Positions 1 through 9,739 of a stretch of 45,307 nucleotides of DNA are shown here, in pieces. The stretch comes from Planctomycetota bacterium. GTDB lineage: Bacteria > Planctomycetota > UBA8108 > UBA1146. Location: positions 1-45,307 of the forward strand of contig JAYZBV010000025.1 of the NCBI GenBank assembly GCA_036338595.1. The letters are read 5' to 3'. The notes under the pieces are model-generated. The model saw only the letters and a list, made by a program, of their open reading frames with translations. It had not been told where the DNA came from and searched no databases. A program made the position numbers and the translations under genes. Positions within the stretch are counted from its first letter, which is position 1, and every line of letters starts with the position of its first letter.

Positions 1-534
1 CCACTTCGGACCCTGATCGACAAGCACGCAGGAGGAGTCTGGAAGGGCCGAAAATTGAAGGCTGTCATTCCAGGAGGGTCTTCTGCCCATGTTCTCACCG
101 CCGATGAATGCGATGTGGCGATGGATATCGAATCTCTCGCAGCAGCCGGAACGATGCTTGGGTCTGCTGGTGTGATCGTGATGGATGAAACCACCTGCAT
201 GGTCGATGCGATGCTCAATGTGATGCGATTCTACCATCATGAGTCGTGCGGCCAGTGCACGCCTTGTCGAGAAGGCACCGGATGGCTCGCAAAAATCACC
301 CACCGCATTGCACAAGGTGAAGGCCGGATGGAAGACCTCGATCTGATCCAGGATGTTTGCGACAGGATGGTAGGAAAAACCATCTGCGCTCTCGCAGATG
401 CTGCTGCATTCCCTGCCGAATCGATCGTGAAAAAGTTCAAGAGCGACTTTGAATCCGCGATCCAGAATGGCGGCAGCCCCGCCTGGAAGAAACGGCACCC
501 TTCCGTGGTAGGAGGAGCGGCTTCCCATGCCTGA
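1..534 (+). CDS. nuoF: NADH-quinone oxidoreductase subunit F, C-terminal part (5' truncated by window)
   Basis: Frame open from base 1 (PLRTLIDKHAGGVWKGRKLKAVIPGGSS); N3 cluster motif ESCGQCTPCREG...TICAL; directly precedes nuoG. Confidence 0.97.
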   Translation, partial: PLRTLIDKHAGGVWKGRKLKAVIPGGSSAHVLTADECDVAMDIESLAAAGTMLGSAGVIVMDETTCMVDAMLNVMRFYHHESCGQCTPCREGTGWLAKITHRIAQGEGRMEDLDLIQDVCDRMVGKTICALADAAAFPAESIVKKFKSDFESAIQNGGSPAWKKRHPSVVGGAASHA

Positions 535-2140
535 CAAGAACACATCGACAACACGCTGGACGCTCAACGGTCAGGAAGTGGAGAACACTTCCGGCATGAC
601 CATCATGGAGGCTGCCAGTGAGCATGGTGTCGAGATCCCCTGCTTCTGCTACCACCCCGGGCTGTCGATCGCCGGCAATTGCCGTATCTGCATGGTCGAG
701 AGCAATCGCTCGGCCAAGCCCGTGATCTCCTGTTCAGAAAGAATCTCGGACGGTCTCGAGATCGAGACCGAGAGCGAAGTGGCGGTGGATGCCCGCAACT
801 CGGTGATGGAGTTCCAGCTGATCAACCATCCGCTGGATTGCCCCGTTTGTGACAAGTCCGGTGAGTGTGTCCTGCAGGATCACTCCTATTCGCATGGACC
901 GGACCGTAGCCGCTTCATCGAGGACAAGAATATCCGGCATACCAAGGAACTCGGACCGACCATCTCCATCTGGGGTAACCGCTGCATCGTGTGTACACGA
1001 TGCACTCGATTCTGCGATGAGATCAGCGGCACCAGCGAGCTTTGCATCGTCGAACGCGGTGATCGATCTGTGGTCGATGTGTTCCCCGGGATTCCCATCG
1101 ACAACCAGCTGGCGGGCAACACCGTGGACATCTGTCCAGTCGGTGCTCTCATCTCGCACGACTTCAAGTACGAGGCACGGGTCTGGAACATGGAGCGCAA
1201 GGACTCCATCTGCGGCGGATGTTCCAGAGGTTGCAACATCGAGGTCGAAACGCTGGACGGTTTCGTCAAGCGGCTGATACCGCGTGAAAATCAGGATGTG
1301 AATGACTGGTGGATGTGCGATGAGGGACGTCACGGCTGGAGACACCTTTACGCCGATGATCGAGTTCTGGAAGCGAGAGGCGCCTCTGGCTCACTCGATT
1401 CATCCCGATCTGTAGCGGCCCTCATGGAAATCCTCGGCAACTCGCCGCGGGTTGGCTTCCTCATCGATCCATTCCTCACCTGCGAGGAACTGCACCTCGT
1501 ACAGGTGCTCGCCTCATCCAGTTCCGAATCGCTGGTGGGAGGCTGGTTGCCCGAGCCGGGTGCTGCAGCCGAGTTCCCATCCGGGTTCAAGATCAGCGCC
1601 GCCAAGCACCCCAACAGAAATGGCGCCGAACAGATCTTTGGAAATCAGGTATTCGGTGACGATGCCAACCAACTCCAGCGAGCGCTCAACGATGGATCCA
1701 TCGAGACGATCGTCGCTTTTTGCGGGGGACCAGATCCGCAGGGGCCGGGGCAGCGGTGGAGCGGAGCGCTGTCAAAGGCCTCGACTCGCGTTCTCTTCTC
1801 CGTCCGCGAAGGGGAATGGCTCGACGGCGCAGCCCTCGTATTCCCCGCAACCGCACCTCTGGAAAAAGAAGGCACCTGGGTCAGCGAAGACGATCGCCTG
1901 CAACGAACCCGAAGCTGCTGGAAACCCGGAGAGGCTCCGTTTTCCAGCGAACTGGTCATCCTTCAGTCGTTGCAGTGCACACTCGGAACCCGATCCCGAA
2001 GTCTCTCCGCTGCCGGGATCTTCAGGGAACTGTCGGAAGTATGCGCTCCATTCACCGGTCATAACCACAGCGATATCGGATCCTCAGGTTTACTCCTTTC
2101 CGACCGCCCCGCAGGGGTAGGTGCGCAGGGAGGTGCTTGA
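527..2140 (+). CDS. nuoG: NADH-quinone oxidoreductase subunit G (short form, 537 aa)
   Basis: IPCFCYHPGLSIAGNCRICMVE (N1b), NHPLDCPVCDKSGEC (N5), CIVCTRCTRFC (N4), CGGCSRGC...MCDEGR (N7-type). Confidence 0.95.
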   Translation: MPDKNTSTTRWTLNGQEVENTSGMTIMEAASEHGVEIPCFCYHPGLSIAGNCRICMVESNRSAKPVISCSERISDGLEIETESEVAVDARNSVMEFQLINHPLDCPVCDKSGECVLQDHSYSHGPDRSRFIEDKNIRHTKELGPTISIWGNRCIVCTRCTRFCDEISGTSELCIVERGDRSVVDVFPGIPIDNQLAGNTVDICPVGALISHDFKYEARVWNMERKDSICGGCSRGCNIEVETLDGFVKRLIPRENQDVNDWWMCDEGRHGWRHLYADDRVLEARGASGSLDSSRSVAALMEILGNSPRVGFLIDPFLTCEELHLVQVLASSSSESLVGGWLPEPGAAAEFPSGFKISAAKHPNRNGAEQIFGNQVFGDDANQLQRALNDGSIETIVAFCGGPDPQGPGQRWSGALSKASTRVLFSVREGEWLDGAALVFPATAPLEKEGTWVSEDDRLQRTRSCWKPGEAPFSSELVILQSLQCTLGTRSRSLSAAGIFRELSEVCAPFTGHNHSDIGSSGLLLSDRPAGVGAQGGA

Positions 2141-3186
2141 TGGATTTTCTACTGCATCCACTCGCGATAGCAGTGATCAAGGCCATCGTCATCTTCGCCG
2201 TGATCCTGCAAATCGTGCCTGCACTCGTGTACTTCGAGCGCAGGATCAGCGCCTGGATTCAGGATCGAATTGGCCCGAATCGCGTCGGTCCCGCGGGCCT
2301 GCTTCAGCCTCTCGCTGACGTCATCAAGCTGGCATTCAAGGAGGACCTCACACCTCAAGGTTCCGACAAGTGGATCTATCGCCTCGGCCCATTCCTCGTC
2401 TACGCCCCTGCCGTGCTCGCCTTTGCCGTGATCCCGGTCGGAATGGATCTGCAGGTCACCTCATTGGGAGTCGGCGTGATCTTCCTGCTGACGGTTTCGG
2501 GATTCTCGGTGTACGGGCTCGCCTTTGGCGGCTGGGCTTCCAACAACAAGTACTCGCTGCTGGGAGGCCTGCGTGCTTCTGCACAGATGATCAGTTACGA
2601 GGTTGCGCTGGGCCTCTCGATCATCGCCATCCTGATGACGGCCCAGACTGTCGATCTCAACGAGATCATCCGACAGCAATGGTCAGCCGGTACACTGGGA
2701 TTGATGCAGTGGAATCTGTTCCAGCAACCGATCGCAGCAGTGATCTTCGTCGTGGCAGCATTCGCAGAAACGAACCGATTGCCATTTGACCTTGCCGAGT
2801 GCGAAGCAGAACTTGTGGGTGGATTTCATACCGAATACTCGGGTCTCAAATTCGCGACCTTCTTCATGGGTGAATATGTAGCAATGATCACCATGTCTGC
2901 CCTGATGATCACGCTTTTCCTCGGTGGTTGGAGTGTTCCGTGGATCGAGATCCCGACCTCCCCCACAGTCTGGGATATCGGCCTCAGCGTCGTGATCTTC
3001 TTCGTGAAACTTGTCGCATTGCTTTTCTTTTTCATCTGGACACGTTGGACACTTCCCCGCTTTCGGTATGACCAGTTGATGAACATCGGCTGGAAAGTGT
3101 TCATTCCAGTTTCGCTCGTGAATCTTGGCCTGACCGCCGTTGCTGGTGTGCTTGGCTGGAAATGGCTGATTCCCCTGCCCTGGTAG
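2137..3186 (+). CDS. nuoH: NADH-quinone oxidoreductase subunit H
   Basis: ERRISAWIQDRIGPNRVGPAGLLQPLAD, AETNRLPFDLAECEAELVGGFHTEYSG, RWTLPRFRYDQLM. Confidence 0.98.
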   Translation: MMDFLLHPLAIAVIKAIVIFAVILQIVPALVYFERRISAWIQDRIGPNRVGPAGLLQPLADVIKLAFKEDLTPQGSDKWIYRLGPFLVYAPAVLAFAVIPVGMDLQVTSLGVGVIFLLTVSGFSVYGLAFGGWASNNKYSLLGGLRASAQMISYEVALGLSIIAILMTAQTVDLNEIIRQQWSAGTLGLMQWNLFQQPIAAVIFVVAAFAETNRLPFDLAECEAELVGGFHTEYSGLKFATFFMGEYVAMITMSALMITLFLGGWSVPWIEIPTSPTVWDIGLSVVIFFVKLVALLFFFIWTRWTLPRFRYDQLMNIGWKVFIPVSLVNLGLTAVAGVLGWKWLIPLPW

Positions 3187-3208
3187 GGTTGGACTAGAAC
3201 GGAGACCG

Positions 3209-3694
3209 ATGGCAAACCAAGAGGATGCCAACGAACAGGATCTGGAGCGAACCACCTCCACCACCGAACCACGGCAGAACGCCAAGTTCGCGGTGCCGGT
3301 GGCCAAGGGGTTGATCAACACGCTCAAGCACATCCTCCGCAATGAACCGAACACGATTCACTACCCGGAAGAGAGACGAACTCCCTATCCGGGATACCGG
3401 GGTGAACACCGTCTCAAGCGAGATGAACTGGGTCGAGAGAAGTGCACGGCCTGCTTCCTGTGCGCCACGGCATGTCCAGCTTTCTGCATTGAAATCGTTG
3501 CTGAAGAAGCGCCCTGGGACGACAGGGAAAAGCGACCGAGGCTCTTCAACATCGACATGATGCGATGCATCTACTGCGGCATGTGCGAGGAAGCCTGCCC
3601 CTGTGACGCCATTGAACTGACACCTGTTTACAACATCCCTTCGCGAACCCGTGGCGAGAAAATTTACAACAAGGAGAAACTCCTTTCCCTCTGA
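3209..3694 (+). CDS. nuoI: NADH-quinone oxidoreductase subunit I
   Basis: Two 4Fe-4S motifs CTACFLCATACP and CIYCGMCEEACP; TIHYPEE. Confidence 0.97.
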   Translation: MANQEDANEQDLERTTSTTEPRQNAKFAVPVAKGLINTLKHILRNEPNTIHYPEERRTPYPGYRGEHRLKRDELGREKCTACFLCATACPAFCIEIVAEEAPWDDREKRPRLFNIDMMRCIYCGMCEEACPCDAIELTPVYNIPSRTRGEKIYNKEKLLSL

Positions 3695-3723
3695 TTGCGG
3701 TGTGAGTCGAGCAAGTAAGGCTG

Positions 3724-4326
3724 GTGGAGACCGTGTTGAGCCCTGTGATGGAGCACCTGTTTTTCGGATTGGCTGCCCTGGTGGCCACTGCGAGTGCCTT
3801 GCTCGTGGTCACCCGGAGAAATCCGATCTATTCGGCACTGTTCCTCATCATCGTGTTTGCCGCGGTAGCCGTGATCTTCATGCTTCTGGATGCTGTGTTC
3901 CTGGGATTCATGCAACTGCTGGTCTATGCAGGAGCCATCATGGTGCTCTACCTGTTCGTCATCATGCTGATCAATCCGCGCGACGGAGATCTTCCCGATG
4001 AAGGTGGTGCCACCGAGAGGGCTTTCGCAGCCGGGGTCTCCCTGCTGATCTTCTCGCTGCTCAGTTTCGCCATCTCTCATTCACAGGAGGTCGAGAAATT
4101 GGCCTCTGCGGGGTCGATTCCGGCGATGCCAGCGGTTCCAGATTCCCACGGTTCCGTCGCGTCCTTTGGACTCGAACTGTTTCATAATCATCTTCTGGTC
4201 TTCGAGCTGACCTCCGTGCTGATCCTGGTCGGAATCATCGGAGCAGTGCACCTGGCAATGCGCCGCAGAAGCACATCGGAATCGCCCTCATCCGTGGAAG
4301 ACGGGCAGGTGACCGTAGATGTTTAG
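3724..4326 (+). CDS. nuoJ: NADH-quinone oxidoreductase subunit J (start may be ATG 3748)
   Basis: RNPIYSALFL, QLLVYAGAIMVLYLFVIML, FELTSVLILVGIIGAV. Confidence 0.96.
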   Translation: METVLSPVMEHLFFGLAALVATASALLVVTRRNPIYSALFLIIVFAAVAVIFMLLDAVFLGFMQLLVYAGAIMVLYLFVIMLINPRDGDLPDEGGATERAFAAGVSLLIFSLLSFAISHSQEVEKLASAGSIPAMPAVPDSHGSVASFGLELFHNHLLVFELTSVLILVGIIGAVHLAMRRRSTSESPSSVEDGQVTVDV

Positions 4327-4639
4327 CCTCACGACACTGCTCTATCTGAGCGCCTTGCTCTTCTCGATCGGCACCTACGGGGTGCTGGCACGGCGCAACA
4401 TCCTGGTCGTTCTCATGTCACTCGAGTTGATGCTCAATGCGGTCAATATCGCCATCGTCTCCTTCGGGCGCGCCCATGCGCTGACAGCATTCTCAGGAGA
4501 ACATGGCGGCCAGATCTTCACCTTGATGGTACTGGCAGTGGCTGCCGCTGAAGCGGCCATCGGCCTTTCACTGCTGCTGGTCATCTGGCGCCGCTGGAAA
4601 TCGATCGATCTTCGCCAACTTTGCCAGTTGAACGGCTAG
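4319..4639 (+). CDS. nuoK: NADH-quinone oxidoreductase subunit K
   Basis: RRNILVVLMSLELMLNAVN, AVAAAEAAIGL. Confidence 0.97.
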   Translation: MFSLTTLLYLSALLFSIGTYGVLARRNILVVLMSLELMLNAVNIAIVSFGRAHALTAFSGEHGGQIFTLMVLAVAAAEAAIGLSLLLVIWRRWKSIDLRQLCQLNG

Positions 4640-4649
4640 GGGGACAGAC

Positions 4650-6641
4650 TTGGACATCCATCTCCTCTGGATACCACTACTTCCCTTCCTCGGCTTCGTC
4701 TTCAACGGGCTGCTGGGACGCAGGATCGGTACCAGGTCAGTTTCGGCGATCGCCTGCGGATTGCCGATCATCTCGTTTCTCATCTCCTACGGTGCCTGGA
4801 GGCATGTCGTAGACGAGGGGACTGCCCAGCACTGGGATGGATTCCCATGGATCTGGATCGATGGCCTCGTCGAGATTCCGTTTTCACTTCACCTGGATGG
4901 CCTCGCTGCCGTCATGTGCCTGGTAGTCACCGGTGTCGGATCTCTCATTCACCTCTACTCGATCGGTTACATGCGTGGAGATCCGGGGTACCACCGCTAT
5001 TTCGCCTACCTGAACCTGTTCACCACATTCATGCTGCTGCTGGTGCTCGGCGACAACCTGTTGCTGATGTTCATCGGCTGGGAGGGCGTGGGGCTCTGCT
5101 CCTATCTGCTGATCGGGTTCTGGTACGAGGATGACGCCAACTGCGCGGCGGGTCGCAAGGCCTTCATCATGAATCGCATCGGTGATTTCGCCTTCTTGCT
5201 GGGAATCTTCCTGTGCCTGTCACACTTCGGCACTCTCGCCATGTCGGCTCTCACCGATGTCGACCAGATCCAGACGGTGGCGGCGCAAACACTGACGATA
5301 CCGTTGCTGGGTTCTGTCGGCCTGGTCACCACGATTGTGATGCTCCTCTTCATCGGAGCTACCGGTAAGAGTGCCCAGATTCCCCTCTATGTATGGTTAC
5401 CCGATGCGATGGCTGGACCGACACCCGTCTCGGCACTGATTCACGCAGCCACCATGGTGACATCCGGTGTTTACCTGTGCTGTCGCCTGATGCCGCTCTT
5501 CCAGGCGGCTCCCGCTGCCCTCACCATCATCGCCGGGATCGGTGCCTGCACCGCACTCCTTGCGGCACTGATCGCATTCGGACAGAACGACATCAAGAAG
5601 GTGCTCGCCTACTCGACAGTGAGCCAGCTGGGATACATGTTCTTCGCCATCGGCGTGGGCGCCTTCTCGGCTGCCTTTTTCCATGTCGTGACTCACGCAT
5701 TCTTCAAGGCCTTGCTCTTTCTTGGCTCCGGTGCAGTGATACATGCGATGCATCACCAGCAGGACATGAGAAAGATGGGAGGGCTTCGAAAACAACTACC
5801 CTTTACCCATCTGACATTTCTCGTCGGAACTCTCGCCATCGCAGGGGTACCACCGCTGGCCGGATTCTTCTCCAAGGATGAGATCCTGTTTGCCGGCTTC
5901 GAGCAGGGCTTCCTGGCTGGATCCGGTGCAGTGATGCTGTTCTGGGGCATCTCATTCCTGACCGCAGGGATGACCGCCTTCTACATGATTCGCTGCGTCT
6001 CCATGACCTTCTGGGGCGAGAGCCGTATCGACCCCGATCTCGAGGGAAAGGTCCACGAACCCGGCGGCTGGATCGGCCTTGCACTGCTGGTGCTGGCCAT
6101 CGCCAGCGCACTCGGAGGGTTCCTCAATGTCCCCGAGTTCCTCGGTGGTCACGCTTCCCTGGGTCACTTCACAGGCCTTCATCAGGGCCATGAAGGGCTA
6201 TCACAGGAGGACCTCCATGCCCTCCACGCAGCCGAGTGGCAAAGCATGATCCTGAGTCTTCTCATTGCAGGATCCGGGTTGCTGCTCGCATTCCACTGTT
6301 ACGGCAAGGGCAAGGATCTGCGCAGACGCTTCATCGAGAGCGGGCCAGGCCAGGTTCTTGGGCGCCTCTCTGCCAACAAGTTCTACGTCGATGAATTTTA
6401 CAACTCAGTATTCGTTCGCCCTTTTGAGACGCTCAGTCACCTGATGTTCATCTTGATCGACCGGATCCTGATCGATGGAATCCTGGTCAGCGGAACCGCA
6501 TTGTTGACAAGAAACGTCGGACACCTCTTTCGCAAGATGCAGACCGGCTTCATTCCGGGATACCTGCTGACCTTTGCCTGTGGGGTGCTGGTGCTGCTCT
6601 TCATGCTACTGAACTTTCTCAGGCAAGGAGGTGCACAGTGA
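4650..6641 (+). CDS. nuoL: NADH-quinone oxidoreductase subunit L
   Basis: GWEGVGLCSYLLIGFW, GKSAQIPLYVWLPDAMAGPTPVSALIHAATMV, DIKKVLAYSTVSQLG. Confidence 0.98.
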   Translation: MDIHLLWIPLLPFLGFVFNGLLGRRIGTRSVSAIACGLPIISFLISYGAWRHVVDEGTAQHWDGFPWIWIDGLVEIPFSLHLDGLAAVMCLVVTGVGSLIHLYSIGYMRGDPGYHRYFAYLNLFTTFMLLLVLGDNLLLMFIGWEGVGLCSYLLIGFWYEDDANCAAGRKAFIMNRIGDFAFLLGIFLCLSHFGTLAMSALTDVDQIQTVAAQTLTIPLLGSVGLVTTIVMLLFIGATGKSAQIPLYVWLPDAMAGPTPVSALIHAATMVTSGVYLCCRLMPLFQAAPAALTIIAGIGACTALLAALIAFGQNDIKKVLAYSTVSQLGYMFFAIGVGAFSAAFFHVVTHAFFKALLFLGSGAVIHAMHHQQDMRKMGGLRKQLPFTHLTFLVGTLAIAGVPPLAGFFSKDEILFAGFEQGFLAGSGAVMLFWGISFLTAGMTAFYMIRCVSMTFWGESRIDPDLEGKVHEPGGWIGLALLVLAIASALGGFLNVPEFLGGHASLGHFTGLHQGHEGLSQEDLHALHAAEWQSMILSLLIAGSGLLLAFHCYGKGKDLRRRFIESGPGQVLGRLSANKFYVDEFYNSVFVRPFETLSHLMFILIDRILIDGILVSGTALLTRNVGHLFRKMQTGFIPGYLLTFACGVLVLLFMLLNFLRQGGAQ

Positions 6642-8137
6642 TTCCTGAACTCGAATCCTTCAACCTCCCGGTTCTGAGCCTGATCACCCTGACCCCGGCG
6701 GTCGGTGCCATCTTGCTATCGCTCGTCGATCGCAACAACAAGGCACTGCTGCGCCAAGCAGCTCTGATGATCAGTTTCCTGACGCTGCTCTTCTCGCTCT
6801 TGATGGTCGGAAACTTCGACAATTCGGTGGGAACGATGCAACTCGAAGAGCAGCACACGTGGATAGAATCCCTCGGTATCAGCTACCACCTCGGTGTCGA
6901 CGGTATCTCGGTACTTCTGGTGTTGCTGACCAGTTTCTCGATGCCCCTGGTATTCCTGAGCACCTGGAAAGCGATCGACGACAGGGTCAAGGAGTTCCAG
7001 ATTGCCCTGTTGCTGCTTCAGACCGGGATGATCGGTGCCTTCGTGGCCCTCGACCTGATCCTCTTCTACCTCTTCTACGAGGCGATGCTGATCCCGATGT
7101 ATCTCATCATCGGCATCTGGGGCGGTCGAGAGAGGATCTACGCGGCGCTCAAGTTCTTCATCTACACGATGGTCGGAAGTCTCATGATGTTCCTCGCCAT
7201 CCTGTACCTCTACCAGCACACCGGCACCTTCGATCTTCCCCTGATGCTGGAGCGCATCCGCAGCAGCCATCCGCTCGGTCCCGACCAGCAATTCTGGCTG
7301 TTCTCCGCATTCACCCTTTCATTTGCCATCAAGGTGCCCATGTTCCCCCTCCACACATGGCTTCCCGATGCACACGTCCAGGCTCCCACAGCAGGATCGG
7401 TGGTGCTGGCTGGCGTGCTGTTGAAGATGGGGACCTACGGGCTGCTCCGATTCTCGATTCCGCTCTTCTCGGACGCTGCCTTTGATCTTCAAGGGGTGAT
7501 GTGCTGGCTTGCCATCGTCGGCATCATCTTTGGCGCCTGCATGGCTCTCGTTCAAAATGACATCAAGAAATTGATCGCCTACTCATCGGTCAGTCACCTA
7601 GGATTCGTGGTACTCGCCTGCTTCATTCCGAGCGTCGAAGCGATCACCGGAGGAATCCTCCAGATGGTGAATCATGGACTCTCGACGGGGATGCTGTTCC
7701 TGATGGTCGGCATCATTTACGAGCGAAGGCATACCAGAGAGTTGGCGGATTATGGGGGTCTGGCAAAGGTGATCCCGTTATTCACCATCTTCTTCCTGAT
7801 CGCTGTACTGTCGAGCATCGGCCTTCCAGGACTCAATGGCTTCGTCGGTGAGTTTCTGATCCTGTTTGCGGTATTCAGAGATTTCCCGCTCTGGGGAGTC
7901 CTCGCCTCCACCGGCGTCGTGCTGGGAGCGCTCTACCTGCTCAACATGGTCAAGCGGTTCCTCTTTGGCCCCATCGTCCACGAGGAAAACCGGGCTGTTG
8001 CGGATCTCTCCGTGAGAGAGATCATCTACTTGCTCCCGTTTGTCGTCATGATGTTCTGGATCGGATTGTACCCGGCTCCATTCATCAACATGGTGAAGCC
8101 TACACTGGTCCTCTATGTCGAGATGCTGAAGAGTTAG
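6638..8137 (+). CDS. nuoM: NADH-quinone oxidoreductase subunit M
   Basis: KVPMFPLHTWLPDAHVQAPTAGSVVLAGVLLKMG, DIKKLIAYSSVSHLG. Confidence 0.98.
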   Translation: MIPELESFNLPVLSLITLTPAVGAILLSLVDRNNKALLRQAALMISFLTLLFSLLMVGNFDNSVGTMQLEEQHTWIESLGISYHLGVDGISVLLVLLTSFSMPLVFLSTWKAIDDRVKEFQIALLLLQTGMIGAFVALDLILFYLFYEAMLIPMYLIIGIWGGRERIYAALKFFIYTMVGSLMMFLAILYLYQHTGTFDLPLMLERIRSSHPLGPDQQFWLFSAFTLSFAIKVPMFPLHTWLPDAHVQAPTAGSVVLAGVLLKMGTYGLLRFSIPLFSDAAFDLQGVMCWLAIVGIIFGACMALVQNDIKKLIAYSSVSHLGFVVLACFIPSVEAITGGILQMVNHGLSTGMLFLMVGIIYERRHTRELADYGGLAKVIPLFTIFFLIAVLSSIGLPGLNGFVGEFLILFAVFRDFPLWGVLASTGVVLGALYLLNMVKRFLFGPIVHEENRAVADLSVREIIYLLPFVVMMFWIGLYPAPFINMVKPTLVLYVEMLKS

Positions 8138-8146
8138 GAGCCCAAG

Positions 8147-9616
8147 TTGGAACTCACCATCTCCCGAGCCGAGATCCTGGCGATACTCCCGGCCGGGATT
8201 CTATTCATCACCGGCCTGGTGCAGCTGTTTTCTGATCTCGGAAATAAGGGCGACGATACACGCTCCGAAAAGACTCACCTCGCCATGATCGGTGGCGCGG
8301 GATTGCTGCTGGCCCTCGCTGCGCTCTTTGTTCAGGGAACCGGCGCATCGACGGGCACGCTCTATGCGGGTGCCATGACCGACGATCTGTTCGGCCGCAT
8401 GGGAGCCGGTGTCGTCATGATGACGGCTCTCTTCTGTACGTTGATGGCGGGTGGATACCTCGCCAGCAGCGCCAACAATCGCGCAGAGTTTTATTCCTTG
8501 ATCTGTTTCTGCGCCGGCGCGATGGCACTTCTTTGCCAGGCCACAAATCTGATTTCCGTGTTTGTAGCCATCGAGACGCTGTCACTGGCTGTCTACGTGC
8601 TGGCGGGTTACCTCAAGGAGAACCGTTCCGCCAGCGAAGGAGCCTTCAAGTACTTCGTTCTCGGAGCGTTTTCGAGTGGGTTCTTGCTACTGGGGATGGC
8701 CTTCATCTACGGCGCAACGGGCGGATCGATTTCGCTCTCAGACATCGCCGCCTCCAATGGCCAGGGAGATTCACTCTTCAGCATCGGAACGCTGCTGATC
8801 CTGATCGGATTCAGTTTCAAGATCGGCGCCGTACCTTTTCATTCCTGGGTGCCAGATGTTTACCAGGCCTCCCCCGTACTGGCTGTCGGTTGGATGGCCG
8901 TGGCGGTGAAGGCGTCCAGTTTCATCGCGTTGTGCAGGTTCCTGCTCTTCACGGGAGGCGGACAGGAACTGGCGCAGATCCTCGCAGCGATCTCGGTCGT
9001 TTCGATGTTGCTCGGCAATCTAGCTGCACTGAATCAAAGAAGTCTGAAACGAATGATGGCGTACTCGGGGATCGCCCACACCGGTTACCTGCTGATCCCG
9101 CTGGTGATCGCCGTATCAGGAGAGGGGGCATCGGCTGGCGCGAGCATACCCTTCTACCTGTTCGCCTACGCTGCCACCACCCTGGCTGCATTTGGAGTGA
9201 TCACGGCGATCAGTGTCACCACTGACCGTGACGATGTCAGTGATCTCGATGGGCTGGCCAGAAATCGGCCATTCCTGGCCATCGGACTCACCGTCGCATT
9301 GATCTCTCTGGCAGGAATACCTCTGACCGCCGGCTTTGTTGGCAAGTTGATGATCCTGCAAGGTGCTGTCAGCAGTGGATTCCTCACCCTTGCGCTGATT
9401 GCGATCATCACGACCTTGATCAGCGTCTACTATTACCTGCGGCCGGTGGTGGCGATGTGGTTCCGTGAGCCACGATCCTCCTTCGATCTGGTTCCAGCAC
9501 CCTGGGGAGTTCTCTTCACCGTGGCTGTCTGTACCGTCGCGACCGTTTCCGTCGGTATCTTTCCTGGTTGGCTGGTGAACCTCTCGAGGCTCTCGGTAGA
9601 AACCATACTCGGCTGA
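8147..9616 (+). CDS. nuoN: NADH-quinone oxidoreductase subunit N
   Basis: EGAFKYFVLGAFSS, FKIGAVPFHSWVPDVYQ, KRMMAYSGIAHTGY; last gene of nuo run. Confidence 0.97.
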   Translation: MELTISRAEILAILPAGILFITGLVQLFSDLGNKGDDTRSEKTHLAMIGGAGLLLALAALFVQGTGASTGTLYAGAMTDDLFGRMGAGVVMMTALFCTLMAGGYLASSANNRAEFYSLICFCAGAMALLCQATNLISVFVAIETLSLAVYVLAGYLKENRSASEGAFKYFVLGAFSSGFLLLGMAFIYGATGGSISLSDIAASNGQGDSLFSIGTLLILIGFSFKIGAVPFHSWVPDVYQASPVLAVGWMAVAVKASSFIALCRFLLFTGGGQELAQILAAISVVSMLLGNLAALNQRSLKRMMAYSGIAHTGYLLIPLVIAVSGEGASAGASIPFYLFAYAATTLAAFGVITAISVTTDRDDVSDLDGLARNRPFLAIGLTVALISLAGIPLTAGFVGKLMILQGAVSSGFLTLALIAIITTLISVYYYLRPVVAMWFREPRSSFDLVPAPWGVLFTVAVCTVATVSVGIFPGWLVNLSRLSVETILG

Positions 9617-9739
9617 TCGATCATCGGCTCTCTGGCAACCGCCCAGATGTGGGCCTAGAATGAGTGACCTTCCGGATCACCAATGGTGCGTCGACCCGGA
9701 TGAAACACGACTCTGACATTATTCTGGGGCGGGGGGCCA

